A model generated the notes under the pieces. The model searched no databases, had not been told where the DNA came from, and worked only from the letters and a program-made list of their open reading frames with translations. This document shows, piece by piece, positions 13,279-27,620 of a stretch of DNA of 64,000 bases (positions within the stretch are counted from its first letter, which is position 1; the number at the start of each line of letters is the position of its first letter). The DNA is from Lingula anatina (taxonomy: Eukaryota > Animalia > Brachiopoda), in NCBI GenBank assembly GCA_051362555.1, contig CM120648.1, positions 225,721 to 289,720 of the forward strand, written 5' to 3'. The position numbers and the translations under genes were made by a program.

Positions 13279-14658
13279 CACACACTGGACAAAAGAAGTG
13301 TCACCCCCTAACTCAGAGTAATAAAAGTAGACAGATCTTGGGTAATTATAATGCCTGGTCTACTTATAATGTGACTAATGAGTATAAAACCGCTGTACCA
13401 TGGGATTGTATTGTTGGTCTTGTAAATGTACAGCAAATGTTATTCCTGTCTTCCTCCAATATGGCAAGATACAGGCAATTATCTAACGGTTATAGGTGCA
13501 AGTTATTAACCTGAAGAGGCGGAATATAAGCAATGTCAGTATATGGATACAATTGAATTGTTTAGTCAGAACCGTGCAGAGGGTCTGGTCTCGGTATAGA
13601 AACACTGGATCAAGAGACAAATTGCCTCTGATGGGTCGTCCAAGAAAAACTACTGGCCGTGAAGACCGACGACTGATTTTGATGTCCAGGTTGTCAAAGT
13701 TCGACACTGCTTGTCAGTTGACAACACAGTGGAAAAATTTCACACATAAGAATGTGTCTGTGAAAATTGCTAGGCATCGGTTACATGTTCATAGAGTGTA
13801 CAGCAGGGTAGCAAGACTGAAACCTCTTATATCGTTACAAAACAGGCAACGTAGAGTGAACTAGGGTCAACAGGTTCTGGAACTGGACAGCCCATGACAA
13901 TTGGTCCTATATATTTTTTTCTGATGAGTGTCGCTTTGGTCTGACCTCTGATGACAGACGGGTACGATGCTGGCGAACTGCTGGTAAAGCATTTGAACCA
14001 CATGTACTGAATTTTCGAACCCGGAGCAGCATATTCATCATGGTGTGGGGCTGCATCAGCATCCATGGCGTGGGCGAATTGATTGTGGTTGATGAAAACA
14101 TGAATCACTAGAAATATATCGATGTTTTGGAGTCAGGCTTGCTACCATCTATTACTAACATGTTTGGTGACACGAATTATCCATTTGTTTACCAGGATGA
14201 CAATGCTCCTTGTCACAGGTCCAGAGCAGTTGATGATTGGTTTGACCAACAGGGCATTCGCAGGGTGATGTGGCCTGCCCAGAGTCCGGAAGCAAACATA
14301 ATAGAAAATGTGTGGAATGATATGTCAAAACTTTTGACAAATGCCCGTCTAACCAGCAGAGAAACTCTGTTATATTCAGTGTTTCATGCTTGGGCCAGCA
14401 TTAGCCCTGAACGCAACAGACAATTATATGAATCCTTGCCTCTTAGACAGGCACCTATTATTAGGTCACGTGGCTATGCCACTAAGTACTAATTTTGGAC
14501 TTGAAACTGCATATTTTGGTAGAATGTATATTTTGTTCTCATTTTGTGATTTTTTGTGAAATTTGATGTTAATAAAATGATACCAGGAGCATATCATTTC
14601 ACAGTCATTTATCTCCCCCATAGTATTGGCTCAGTAGGGGTGACACTTCTTTTGTCCA

Positions 14659-14665
<7 letters not shown>
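13279..14665 (+). mobile_element. Tc1/mariner DNA transposon (DD34E), defective, copy 1
   Basis: TIR CACACACTGGACAAAAGAAGTGTCACCCC at both ends, with TA at the left and a (TA)n run at the right. Transposase fragments: HTH with GRPRKTT, FSDECRF, MVWGCIS, QDDNAPCH...SPEANIIENVW (34 residues between D and E), GYATKY. Contains stops and frameshifts. Confidence 0.95.

Positions 14666-14667
<2 letters not shown>

Positions 14668-14750
<83 letters not shown>
14668..14750. repeat. (TA)n microsatellite abutting the right end of Tc1 copy 1
   Basis: Direct observation. Confidence 0.95.
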
Positions 14751-14752
<2 letters not shown>

Positions 14753-17114
14753 ACGCTTAATAATCAATATTTTTATCTCTCTAAATCACAATAATTGACC
14801 AATATCTTCCGTTAAGTGCTGAACCTACAGGTTGAAATTAAGTGTGAGCAGCCCATTTTAAAGTAAAAAGTAATTCGATTTCGTTCCACTTATTTCGATG
14901 GTCTCAGTAGGTTTACCATTCTCAGATGATCAAGAAAAACATACACAAATTACGCACAAAAGCTTCATTCTGAAAGTAGAAATAATGCCATAGGATCCAG
15001 GGGCAAAAAAAAAAAAATAATAATAATAATGACGATGGTTGCAAAATCCAATTTACAATCTCTTGGGACGTAGAGATGCCTAAATGTTGCAAAGAAGAAA
15101 AAAGGGAAGATGTACTACATTAATAAATATTGGTTTCATAAAATTTTCATGCGTCCTTTTGTATTGTCGATTTTCAATATGTGAAAGAGATAACGCCCGC
15201 CACCAACATAATCAATATTGTATTACAATTGCTAGAAAAGTTGGAGAATGGCGATGAGAAATAATGATAATTAAATATAACACCACTAATGGCCGATTAA
15301 GATACAGAAATGTACAAAATAGATACAAGTAAACGCTACAACACTTATACCAGTGCTTCCCTTTAACCATGGAGCCTCCCTTTCACCAGCCAATGGCATT
15401 GGGCGGAAGAAACGTGAGGGTGGGCGCATTCTAGGCATGATTCCAGTGTCGTTCTTGATGACGGATTCAAAGCAGAACTGAGTCCCTGTTGGAATTCAGC
15501 CCAGGATCCTTCGGTGTATCGCCTTAACAATGGTTATTTCATTGGAGTTGGCCTGCATGATCATATATCCAAAGTCATTAAGTATAGTAGTTTCATTACG
15601 TTATTTAGTCCCATACGTATGTATAGTCAAGTTATTAAGGTGATACAGTAGTTCTTTTGACGCTACGTGTGTCGCGGCAGTTAATTACATGATACAGGAC
15701 CGATTGGCAAATTATATGATAAAATATTTAATTTGCTCCCATTTTTGAAAAAAAAAATGTGCCTGTGAACGGTTTTACTTTAATCAAGTTTGCATCTCTA
15801 ATAACTCCTGTCCGGCATTTGTCCCGCTGATATCAGTATCAGCTAAATCAATGAAATCAGCCCAAGGGGTGAATTCATCATTTTGGGAATTTTCCGTTTA
15901 CGCTGATTGATTTTCTTAATCTCTTGTTAAACATACATAGCTTCTGGTTCCCCAGACTGCACGGTTGCTTCTTTACAGAATGTTTTAACGATTAATGCTC
16001 GTAACATCAAGAATTGTGCACATTCCAACAAACATCTTCGCTCAATAAACTGTTGCTTCGAGCTCTAAATGCGTTTATATAGATCGGCTACTTTGTATGT
16101 CTTTGCCGTGCACCTTCGGTCTCGTGGGTTTTATCTTAATAAACATAAATCCATCAATTAATAAGTAAGAGAAAATCAAGAAAACGTTCCCGAGGCGTAG
16201 ATTATTAACATAAGCCTCGAATGAAATAACTACTATTAAATCCTTTGCGATGATTGAGAGAAGATGTAAGCTGGGTCGACACGCCTATTCGTCACGTTTA
16301 TCTCCAAGCCGACGTCCCTCGAGGTGCTTGCTCCTGATAATTACAAAGGTTTGTCAGCAAATAGCTTGTTCCTCCTCCTGGCGTCAAATGCGAACTACTT
16401 TGATCTAACAAACGGCTTAGATCACCGCGTTGCTACAACAAAAAAGAACAAAGATATCAAAGATATTACGACGTACAGCTTGCATCCCAATGCTGCCTTA
16501 ATTGAAATACAATCTTTCCAGATGAGAGGGACGTTGCAGATACCGGGATGTAGTTGTTGCAAAATAGAGCTTCCGCTTTTCCTAAGTGGTTGATAAATAA
16601 CGAATCAGGTATAATCCCATTTGCTTTGATACTGTGCCCTAATATATATATGTTGGTTGTTCTAGCCACAGTTATCCACGCTAGGAAAAAACAAGTCGGT
16701 TCATCTTTGCGTGTAAAGCTCACTGTTCAACATCAATCCAAAGTAAGCAGCATATCGGGTTCCTGTCCATGCTATTCCATTTCGTGACTGATTTTATGTC
16801 GCATAAAACCTCATTTGTGCGATTATGTTGTGGCAATGGATATTTTTAACGACTTTTTCAGTGGTCGTCTTTGTTTTGTTCTGTCTAACGAAATAAAATT
16901 ATATGATTCTGCTTTGTTTGGTTTCATATGATAATAAGGTAAGCATGGGTCCCAGAAGTAAGTTCCACGTAGGATTAACTTCACTTGGCTTGGCTTCCTG
17001 TAATGGACGAATAATGCCTTGGTGGTGTCTTTTAATTGTGTTACCACATACACAACGACGTCGACATGAAAAATTCAGTCGCTGTTACTCCCACGTGATG
17101 CGTGGCATTACCCT

Positions 17115-18050
17115 TACCCCCTCATCTTCCTCCATTAGTGGAGCCCGATTGGCTTTGGCCCACGCCGCCAGGCCAGCAAGCACACCATGTACAAGGTACA
17201 GTCTAATTTTTTCCCTGTGTTAAAACTCATGTAGGAAGAAGACTCCACCACTATCGTATTGATTGACTGGAACTGATCCTGACTGAGCGCTAGACACCCC
17301 GTCAAGTGTGCCGTGTTGAAAACTGCCGCCACTTAAATAACCTGGTCCCAGGTGCGCTTGGACTATGTCACGTAATTTCTTAAAAGAGCTCACCACGTTC
17401 ACTGCTGATGCTTAATCCCTCTTAGACTAGCGATTATTCTGATGGTTATAGGACTTAACTGTCCCAGACTGTGTTTTCAGAAACCAATCAAGTAACATTG
17501 TTGATCTTCTGAGCTGCAACCTAAGAGGGACGGGCGTTTACGCCGCATTGCCTGTAACTTAAATCCTAAAATACCAGTCCTACGAATAGCTGATGGCCGC
17601 AGGGATCAGTGTAGATATCGCGTGGAAACTCTGGATAAGATCTTTGCAGTTCTCAGGCTTCGATGGAAAAAGACGCAGTCTTGATTCGATTGTATCATGT
17701 TTAGATCCGTGACTTTCGCACACCAGTGCCCCCCAGTGTACAAAAAAATCAAACGGGAACAAAATAGGAACATGTCTTCCTTTCCACAATCGTTCTTTGG
17801 GCAAGCAATGCCCATTGCCATTCTGTGTGTTTTCCACTCTTCTTGGCAGTAGGGGTGGTAACAATATACATCCTTGCTTGACTCTTCACCATCCAATTAT
17901 TTTAAGTAGAACACTCTCTTGGAACACAACACGACCTGTAATGTGATGTGATTGGTATCCTTAGGATCAGGCACACTTGTTTGGTCTTGGTATTCTCTCG
18001 ATCTATAGATAATCTTATCAATGCACGTGTTGTCATCTGTCGAACGCACG
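17115..18050 (-). pseudogene. Possible degenerate Ulp1/SENP (C48) cysteine-protease relic, perhaps transposon-derived
   Basis: Fragmented frames give EDMFLFCSRLIFLYTGGHWCAKVTDL (cf. Ulp1 HWCLxVxD) followed downstream by VPVNQYDSGGVFFL (cf. QxNxxDCGVF). Stops and frameshifts are present and the catalytic Cys is absent. Confidence 0.3.
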
Positions 18051-19116
18051 GCTGCTTCTTATAGCCTTGTCTACAGGCAAAACAAAGGTATGTCTCAATA
18101 ATGTTATGCTCTGTTTCCTAGTTTGCTCGGCACGCAATAAAATACAGATAGTAATTTAGCGATCTGTACACTGAAACCGCATTAACCGCGTATCAAAACT
18201 TGTAAAATTGCCGCCCGTCCTGGACACTGGGTTGGTAAAGAGTCACACGCTATTTTCTAGTCTGTCTGAGCGCCTAGTTCATTTCACCGTACTAATACGT
18301 GTGTTCTCATTGTAAACTTCTCACCAGTCAAACTACTTAAACCATTGGTGATGTAATAAATAATGGGCTATAAGCTGGGGCATACAGACACGTGGCGGAT
18401 ACTTCCACCACTTTTCAATTTTCTCGGATATCTCCCCACGGTTATATAAACATTTATTTACCGTGCTGTCTAACCTATAGGTACGTATGTATATGAGGCA
18501 GTGATCAATGGAAGCAATGATCGCAGCACGCAAATACAGATAAGCGAATGAATCGTTGCGCTTAGCTTGTCAACTAAAACATGTTTCTTACAAGGCCGAG
18601 GCTCTTTGGTAATGCCAATGTTCTAATTCATTTTAGCAATTGCCAATAACACTCGACGGGGGACACTGACAGGACCAAAGGAGGCTGCAATCGTCGGGAA
18701 AAACATTTTATCCATTTGTAAACTTCAGCGTAAGTTAGAACCCTCATATTTTTATAGTTTCGCCCGAGGGGCAACATGGCAACGAGTCCCATGAAAATAC
18801 CACGACGACAGGCAGAACATAAACAACAAAACTCCTCTTGGTTTGTTCGACGTAGGGATGGTTGAACGCTGCAAGACGCATGCACTTTAAATGCACAGCC
18901 CTGCTGGGTTTATGATGTAATGGTTAACCGGGATGATGACGTGAACTCTAGGGAGTCCTAAGCTTTCAATTACACCGTTCACACATTTTCCAAAGCACAG
19001 CAGAGGCCGTCAGTCCACCTCACTACTCTCGTTAAAATGGGCTGATAGTATTTTACTTCACGTGCGGTGTCTTGGGACGTCAATGTGAAACGCACCGTGT
19101 ACGTTGGTTCTCAAGC

Positions 19117-19117
<1 letters not shown>

Positions 19118-19168
<51 letters not shown>

Positions 19169-19212
19169 ATGGAAAAGTGCATGGGATGTTATTATTATTA
19201 TTATTATTATTT
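19118..19212. repeat. Interrupted (TAT)n microsatellite
   Basis: Direct observation; source of the poly-L and poly-I ORFs. Confidence 0.95.
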
Positions 19213-21123
19213 CATAGGAAAGTGAGGTGTTCCACTGTAGATGTTCCCGGTTCCTATTAGCTAGGTGGCCTACACCCAGAGCCTCCCGGAGCCTTCCACT
19301 AGAAATCACCAACTTGCTTTTTCTGTTGATTGAATAAAAAGTTATTAAAACATACTTCTTCATTTACTGATCTCGATGCCTCTTCGGCTAGATTTGCACA
19401 TCTCAGTAAAACCTATGAACGAAAAACTAACGCTGTTTCTGAAAGAAATCCAAACTTTTTAGTCCGTTATTGAATTGATTTTCCTCTTTTTACTGGAAAC
19501 ATAACGCATGTGTTGATAATATCAAGTCACTAATCACTTAATTGCATGTAAAACCTTCCTGACGTACAGAGATATCCCTTTTCTATTTTCCCCGAGGGGC
19601 AGGGGATCGATTTTACATGGCAAGTCTTTCTGTTATTAAGGCAAGAAGACGGTGATTATAAAGCCAGTACACTTGTTACCATAAGCGTGCCACCAGTGAC
19701 GTCACAACAGGTACAACGTCCAACCAGAATCGTTGCCAGTGCCCGGTAATCTTTAGAATTGCCTGAGCCTCTTCGATAATTTTCGTATTTTTTCGCACGG
19801 AAATTGGGGTTTTCGAATTGACTTCTGTTCTTAGTTATTTTTCAATTGTAATGCAGAAGTCTGATACTAATGAATCCATAGATTATATGCAGGATCTTTT
19901 TCTAGGAAATCCTATCATGCCCATATGGTTATTGTTTTACTGTAAAACTAATTGGGAGAAGGAAGGGATAGTGATTGGTAGGGGAAATAATAGTATTATA
20001 CAGGTACAGATAGACAGATTTTACAGTCCTTTTAAGCTGTCAGAAAAAACTATATCTTAAACCAATAAGTTCTATTAACCATGACATTGATTGGATAAAA
20101 GGGGCCATCTTCAACATCTCACTTTCACAACGCTTTATATGCCTTTTTCCCTTGTTCTCACTTTACATGTAGTATATTGACCGACATGATGATTTGAAAA
20201 ATGAAGCGTGATAACTTGGTGACAAGGTTAAGTCAGGCCACCCGCATGCCTCTACCACGGGTAAGAAATCATAACAGCGGTAATCACATTAAAGTGTCTT
20301 TTCATTCCATTTGGAAGATATCCACGCCTTACATAGGCTTGGGTTTTAAATTCCTTATATAGACTAAATATGCGTTGCGGAGACCGAACAAAATAGATCT
20401 TGGGGGCAATGGTATTGTTTTTCAACCAAGAGTACCACTGGGTATGAGAACAAGAACAACATTCACGTTTCTATTGGTGAAACGAACAATCAAACAGTAA
20501 ACCGTATACTAGAGTGACAATGTGTTTTCCAAAAGACATGCGCCTGAATGCTCCGCGATATCGAGCTGGATATACGATGCATCAAAACGAAGACAACACA
20601 TTAAAAACAATTAATTATTAAGTTCAGGAAATTCATAACAGTAATGTATACTTATAAGGATGGTTTACACCACTCGTTTTACATTGTGTCATCACAAACG
20701 ACTCATAACATATGCAAAAATTGATAACTGTACATCATAACTGTATATAAAGCATTGGTTTTCTATATTCACTGAAGCATAAGTTCGGAACGACATCCAT
20801 GCTTTTTTACTGTAATGAAGCTCAGTATTTCCGGGTCATATAGTCAAAGCTAAAACTCGGCTATCAAATGAATAGGGATAAATCGAAACACTCAAAATTT
20901 TGAAATCACAGATATAACCCTCCTGGTCACGTGGTGAATGACAGCAACAAAATGCTTCAAAAGAAAGAAATCAATAAAACAAAAACATGGGTGATGACCA
21001 CAAAGCGAGCATACGGGTGTAGGTGTTTCTGTACAAAACCATCGTTATGCTTTACCTGATAACAGTGTATATACAGCCACATATGTAAATGCATATATTC
21101 TTTTCATATATTTATCTTATAAA

Positions 21124-21127
<4 letters not shown>

Positions 21128-21186
<59 letters not shown>
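21128..21186. repeat. (TA)n microsatellite
   Basis: Direct observation. Confidence 0.95.
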
Positions 21187-21189
<3 letters not shown>

Positions 21190-21339
21190 GTAGATGCATT
21201 TATGCACTTATTCATTTGATACGTGTTACGTAAACAAGTAGACATTATTCCATTAACTGTCCTAGTTACGGAATCATCGATGTCTGTCTCAAGTGGAAAT
21301 TTTGAAGCAATAATCATTTACAATGAATAGCCTCATTTG

Positions 21340-21570
21340 TTACCTCCGCCAAGGAGATTATGTTTTCACCCCTGTCTGTTTGTTTATCATCAACATAACT
21401 CCAAAAGTTATAAACTGATTTTGATGAAATTTTCAGGAACTGTCAGAAGTGGGCCAAGGAAGAGATGATTAGTTTTTGGTGGTGATCAGGATCAATAATC
21501 AATCAATAATCAATAATAATAAAAAATCGCTGCCTTGGCGGAGGTCTGCGCTCTCGGAGTGCTTTTCTAG
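21340..21570 (+). mobile_element. Non-autonomous Helentron/HINE (DINE-1-like) element
   Basis: Subterminal inverted repeats ACCTCCGCCAAGG / CCTTGGCGGAGGT, an internal CTGT/TTGT microsatellite, and a 3' hairpin GCGCTCTCGGAGTGC followed by CTAG and a T-rich flank. Confidence 0.75.
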
Positions 21571-23513
21571 TTTATTATGAAACAGCATTCCCTAAGGTTA
21601 GTAACACTGTTTATGCGTACGTTTAACAAGTTTGGTTGCATTTCAGAACAATTTCAATACTGTAAGTCTTGCAGGTACGCGCCCTCTTGGATTTTTTATG
21701 AAAAATAATTCTTGTCTTTTATGAAGTGCTAGTTTTTTCTGTCGCGCATTCCATCAAAACTATCCACATTTCATTCAGTTCGTTTCTGTAAGGCTAGTAC
21801 AAACGGTCAACATAACCTGAGTATATGTGATGTGGGTGTCCAATAGCTGTCCATAGTATTTTTATTCTCAATGACTGAGTCCAATTAAGCCAGAAATTGT
21901 CCTAATTCATCCACATGACTAAACACGGGGTCAGGGTTGCTTTTCATGAGTAATCAATAGGGTTTCCTCTAAATATATCGACTGTTGCGGTGCGGGTTAA
22001 TCTGGTGTGATAGCAAACGTAGCGTGCCATGCTTGTTTGTGTACGGCAAAATAAAATAAATGAACCACAGTTCAAATCAATAATGCCCCAGAATATGCAC
22101 GTCTTAACCCTCTCATAGCACGGAATGTTTATTTTCTTCACATTTATAAAAGAAAAACATGAATCTGTTTTAATGCTCGCAATCCAGCATTGGCGGGGCA
22201 CCAAGGGAGATTTGAGATATAAGTTATATTTACATCGTCATGCAACCCCTTGGAGAATAACATTTGCCCTTTTCTTGCCAACGGACTCAGAAATCACCCG
22301 CGGGATGCAATGTAGTTTCCAAACATGCTCGATTGTCTCGCAAACCGTTTCTCTTGAGCTCCGTTACTTTTTATCGGCCTCTCAGAGGTTTGTGAGTGTG
22401 TGGAATTGTTGATGACTCTAGCAGAAGACGCAGCGTGCCACCAGGTGACCATTGCAGGTGTCAGTAAGACCATACAAGGTTTTACATTTTAAAAAGGTTT
22501 TCTCATTTCTAAGTCACTCCCCCATGGTTCGTGGAGTGATTGCAACCCGGTGTTTACATACGGGACATTCGTGTACCTAACCCTAGCCTGTAATAACTAT
22601 CGGAAGTGGACACATCAAGTCAAGTGTTCCGACCAATTGTGATCAATTCCGTGGTTTATGTTATCTAAACGATGTCTTAATAGTTGTACATATATTTTAA
22701 GCTTAACGCGGTTGTCTGGTATACAACAGTTCGAAAATGTCGGTTTCTGCAAAGTTTTTGATAAAATGAATTATTCTGTTAATAATTCTGTTACACACAC
22801 ACACATTAAAGCATGGAATGAAGGATGACGTCATCACCTCTACCTTACAGCTTTCAAGGATCCATCACTCTCCTATATTTCAACATTGTTTTTAATGGAA
22901 GTGGTGCCTAGACTCTCTACATCAAAGCGTTTCCTATCTATCTCCCATGGGAGTTCACTATTTCAGTGCCTTTCATAATTTATATCACCACACAAAAAGC
23001 CTTACCGTATCATGTTTCGATTCTATAACATCAAAGCAAAAATTACAATAATTTTAACGCTATGAATATAAGCAATATTTTTTGTAAATCCAGGAAGAAA
23101 TGATAAAAATACAGCTTTCACCTTTGCTTACTGTTACAGGCGTTGCATCAGAAGGTAAACACACACACATTTGCTAAAATAACAATAAGCAGACAAATAC
23201 AGTTGCCACAAATAATCGTCTCTGTATTGTTAACAATTACTTTACATGATACATACAGTGTAGTAACAATATAGTAAAGTCTGTCCCCAGATAGTATTTT
23301 GCTGGGATACTATTTTCCTAACTCGAGTCCAAGGGTATTGAGTATTTATACAGTTCTAATTTTGGCATGTTGTTCAAATTATTAAAAACTACTTGTTCTA
23401 AGGCGTGGCATGGTTTCATTGTAATCAACTAGTAATAAACTAATTTACCTCCTGTTGGTTGAAGCTTTACACACCATGTGTTTAGCAAGATTTCATTATG
23501 CGCCATACTTTGA

Positions 23514-23760
23514 CCCAATTCCCATACCTAGATCGATCTAGCGGGATCGGTCCATGTCCGAGGGGATTCTCGCTAAATTGCTTTCAGCTCAAGCGGCTCA
23601 GATGTCTGGCAGGTTTACTGAAGCTGCTAAATAACAATTAATTACCCCCTAGCAGCTTCAGTAGGCGTGACAGACACCTAAGCCACTTATGTTGATTGCA
23701 ATTTGGCGAAAATTTCCTCGGAGATAGATCGATCCACAGTTAGTACGATAGGGACTGGGA
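23514..23760. repeat. Imperfect ~250-bp palindrome (fold-back MITE-like)
   Basis: TACTGAAGCTGCTA / TAGCAGCTTCAGTA flank an AT-rich loop. Outer arms CCGAGGGGATTCTCGCTAAATTGC / GCAATTTGGCGAAAATTTCCTCGG pair imperfectly. Confidence 0.7.
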
Positions 23761-24931
23761 ACGGTCCCTTTGCCTCCGAGGGGGGATCACTTGAGCCAAC
23801 CAGCGGGTAGCAGTTACACCATCAATAATTCCTGACACGTACTGCCTGTAATTGTATAAGGTGTTCAGCTGGCACGCAGCATAAGCGTGTCAGTTGATAC
23901 CATCAGAAGCATTGCTTCCTTAGATAACAGTTTCTATCACGCTACAGCGACATGTATCTTATGCGACACTTTGTCTAATTACATCCCTGATGCATTAAAA
24001 ACATACCACAGACAACAGTCATGGGGTTCTATTATACTCGATTATACTACACAGGTTGTCGTTGGTTCTGTGGTCTGGGCTTACAACTCCATGACAAAAT
24101 ATTTTGTGCACCGAAAACCAGTGCTACTAAAGATGAAAAATATAGGTATCCTAAAGGTTGCCTATCGGTCTCTTCTTGGTTGTCAGTAGGTTGCTATAAC
24201 CAGTAGCATACCACTTGCAACTGCACGGTCGACTGACAGTAATTTGTCGACTGGTCGCTAACAAGTTTTTTGCCAGTCGCAAGTATTCGGCAGCAGGTCA
24301 CTAGAAGGTTGCAGTTATAATCTTGAACATCGAAACTTTCTTCATGCGGATCTAGAACTTAATGTTGTTAACAGTTTTTGATAGTACCTGTTTATACCAT
24401 TATGATTAAGGGGTCGCCATCTATACATATCCAAGGGAAATAAATTCATAATCAAAATATTATTATTATTATTTTTTAAATCTATAAAATTCTAGTGCAC
24501 ATTACATGGTTTTATGTAAAAATACGTACACTTATCCGACTTAACACAACAACCCACAGTTGCAAACTCATGAGAGTTTAAGGGTATAATGCCACCTCCT
24601 CCCAGACACCACATTGTTGTAAAGGGTCGCACCCTTGTGACCTTTGTCTGTAGAGATATTATATTACACAGCTTTTCGGCCAAAGCAATTGTCCTTTAAC
24701 CTTGATAACTTGACAACATAGAACAACAAAATAAAGATATCTGGTCACGATTTATAGCACGTTGCGCGGCAGAGGAGTGTGGGACAAGCCAGTTCCATTT
24801 GAAGTAAAGAACATTAGAACAAGGAAATCCATGGGACAGAGTTAATAGCACCGTGATATTTTGTTTGAAGGAAAAGGGTACAGGACGCTCGTGCATTTTG
24901 CCTACACACACAGCTGAAAACAAGATCAGCA

Positions 24932-25015
24932 ATGGCGGGATTTCTTATTTCTAGACGCATTTTCAATGGTGTGCTATTGCGAAGTTTTTCAAAGAAGGTG
25001 CTTAGTTTGAAAAAG
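24932..25015 (+). pseudogene. Orphan first exon of the EF-hand gene family (donor mutated)
   Basis: Encodes MAGFLISRRIFNGVLLRSFSKKVLSLKK, homologous to exon 1 of genes 1 and 2. It is followed by GAGAGT instead of GTGAGT and has no exon 2 or 3 of its own. Confidence 0.8.
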
Positions 25016-25361
25016 GAGAGTATCTGTACATTATGATGCTACAATGTATGTATCGATATCGCATGATTGTAACTGAAATATACCGATGTAGTTGATAGCT
25101 ACATGTATCAGATTGAGATGATAGTCGAATGTATAAGGAAGTATTTAATAAGTCACCTTACGTTCCTTGATAACTTTGGGTAATTGATTAAATTTAAGCT
25201 GTGTATTCACCAAAGTACTTGCTCTCAGGCAACGAGCCAATGATCTGGTCTGCCGTAATGCCGTATTTTTGTCACACAAATTCAAAATGCTATAACCAAT
25301 CAGATTGTATTTAAACAATAACGATATATGTATGGATGTGTCTGTGTGCATGTGTGCACGA

Positions 25362-25365
<4 letters not shown>

Positions 25366-25408
<43 letters not shown>
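25366..25408. repeat. (GT)n microsatellite
   Basis: Direct observation. Confidence 0.95.
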
Positions 25409-25410
<2 letters not shown>

Positions 25411-25985
25411 AGTGGGTGTATCTGTATATGTTGGGGGGGGGGGGGTCTCCGCAACTTCTGACGCCTCGATGCGGTTTACTGGAGAAGAAAACGACTCGCT
25501 TAGCAAAATAAAGAATATGGACAGGACATATAATTAAGTCTGTAAACCAATGCAGCTATATGACACTGTAAAATTATCTTGGTAAATTGGCCATGACGGG
25601 CAACAAAACTAACCTATCGGACGTCGTATGTTTTCTTTTTCTGACGGACTGAATTTTTTTCTTACTTAGACATGTGCTGGCTCAGCTGCATAAAAAATCA
25701 CAGTCAAGAAATGAGATATTCCCAAACAACCTTTTCACCAGATATACGTTTTTTTGGTTTCAGTTGTTTTGTTTAACAACTGGTTTGTCACCCACATTCC
25801 ATAGGTCATGTCACATAGTGTGCTCTTTTGTGTTGTAGTTGTTACATAAGAAGAGGGGAGCTATTCAGGTTCCGGGTCATGTATTTTACCTGGACACATT
25901 TGCACCACAGGGCTTCACATAAAAGAAGAACAATAAATGTGGTCGTGTATTTACTTGAAAAATACAGCAGGTAGCGGCTACATCC

Positions 25986-26924
25986 ATGGCAGGGTTCTTT
26001 TTACGCGCGCGTATCTTAAATGGAGTGCTATTTCGAGGCCTTTCAAAGAAGGCAATTAACTTGGAAAGGGTGAGTAGAAGGCTACTAGTATATAACGATA
26101 TCGCATTCATTAAATATTGAAGTGACCATGATAAAACGTTATATATGAACTTATTTTTTTATATTTTGTATATTCCAGCCCCCACACGACTATCCGATTG
26201 TGACGGGGTCGGAACATTGGAGAAGAAAACTCCGCACACTATTCAAAGCGAGGGATACAGATGGAGACGGATATATCTCCCGAGAAGATTATGTGTTATG
26301 TGCAGACCGCGTTGCAAGTTACATGAACCTAAACGGTAAGTAAGAAAACGTCCTTTTGATAGTTTTTGAAAGCGGACTCTTTGTGTTCCGATACATAAAA
26401 ACTCTGGCCATAAAGTATTTCTCTTTAAAGTCTACATTTATTTTGAAACGCACGTTGAAATGATGTTTTCAAAAATATCATGTTATGGCTTACCTTGTCT
26501 GATTTACAAAATTTATATTTTAGAAACCCGGGCAATGGAGTTGAGGAATAAACAGTTGTTAATGTGGGAATTGGTTTCTAGTACTACGGACGCTTCGGGT
26601 GACATCAAGATATCTGAAGACGAATATATGTCCAATATACTCAACGGCAACCACAAATCTATGGGGATGGGTTTAGACATCGTTTGCTGCGACTTTGATT
26701 CCGTGGACGTTAACAGCGATGGTTTTATTTCCCAACAAGAGCACAAGGCGTTCTTTTACGGGAGGGGCATACCCGTAAAACACTCGGCGGATGTCTTCAA
26801 AGTTCTCGACACCGACGGGGATGGCAAGTTAAGCAAGGAGGAGTTCGCCCAAGGTTATGTGGACTTTATTTACAGTGAAGATGAAAGCAGTCCTCATGTT
26901 TCTTTCATGGGACCTCTCGTTTAA
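25986..26924 (+). CDS. SCP/luciferin-binding-protein-like EF-hand protein 1 (213 aa)
   Basis: Exons 25986-26069, 26179-26335 and 26524-26924 (GT-AG, phases 0 and 1). MAGFFLRARILNGVLFRGLSKKAINLER leader, DYP..GSEHWRRKLRTLF, EF1 DTDGDGYISRED, degenerate EF2, EF3 DVNSDGFISQQE, EF4 DTDGDGKLSKEE, C-terminus FMGPLV. Confidence 0.92.
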
Positions 26925-27074
26925 CGTATTGAATTGAGAACCGATCATTTTACTGAGCCATTTTTGTGAGGAATTTGCAATTATTACACAGCCTCCTAAT
27001 AAGGGCCCTGCACAGAAATTCAACTTAAAAAAAATATCCCGATGTAATGTAAATCACTAAGGACTATATTTTAA

Positions 27075-27620
27075 TTGCACACAAGAAATAGACAATATCT
27101 CGGACATTACCGAGTCCTTTCTCTTCAAAATTCGGAATATTGGCACTATATAGGAAACTATTTGGAACATTTACCTGCTGCTATATCAATACATGCATGG
27201 GTCATCCCAAGACTGAACTACTGCAACTCTGTACTATATGGAAGTCCAAATTACAAGATTCTTCTTTTGAAAAAGGAACCTGCCCTTTTAAAAATCTTGA
27301 AGACTACAGTGCATCAAAGGACAAACAGATATGTGACATAAGCACTGTGGATTCGGCATTTGGTACACTAACACTATAATAAAGGTTTTGAACCAATCCT
27401 CTGTTACAACTGTTTTACGTGCATTAGACACTTCTAAGCTGAATTACTGCGTCGCTGTACCATAGATGTCCCGATGATAAGATGAAGATTTGAAAACGTA
27501 TTGAGAACATTTAAATATAACAGCCTAGAGATTACCACACTGCTCCAATATCAAAACAGATGCTTTATAGTTACCAGTTCGAACTAGAATATGATATTGT
27601 AGCTCTCTCTTTTTTTTGCA
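27075..27620 (+). mobile_element. Degenerate L2/CR1-type LINE ORF2 3' relic
   Basis: IHAWVIPRLNYCNSVLYGSP matches the common LINE motif VHAFVxSRLDYCNSLLxGLP. A second, more decayed copy lies at ~27410-27600. Confidence 0.6.
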
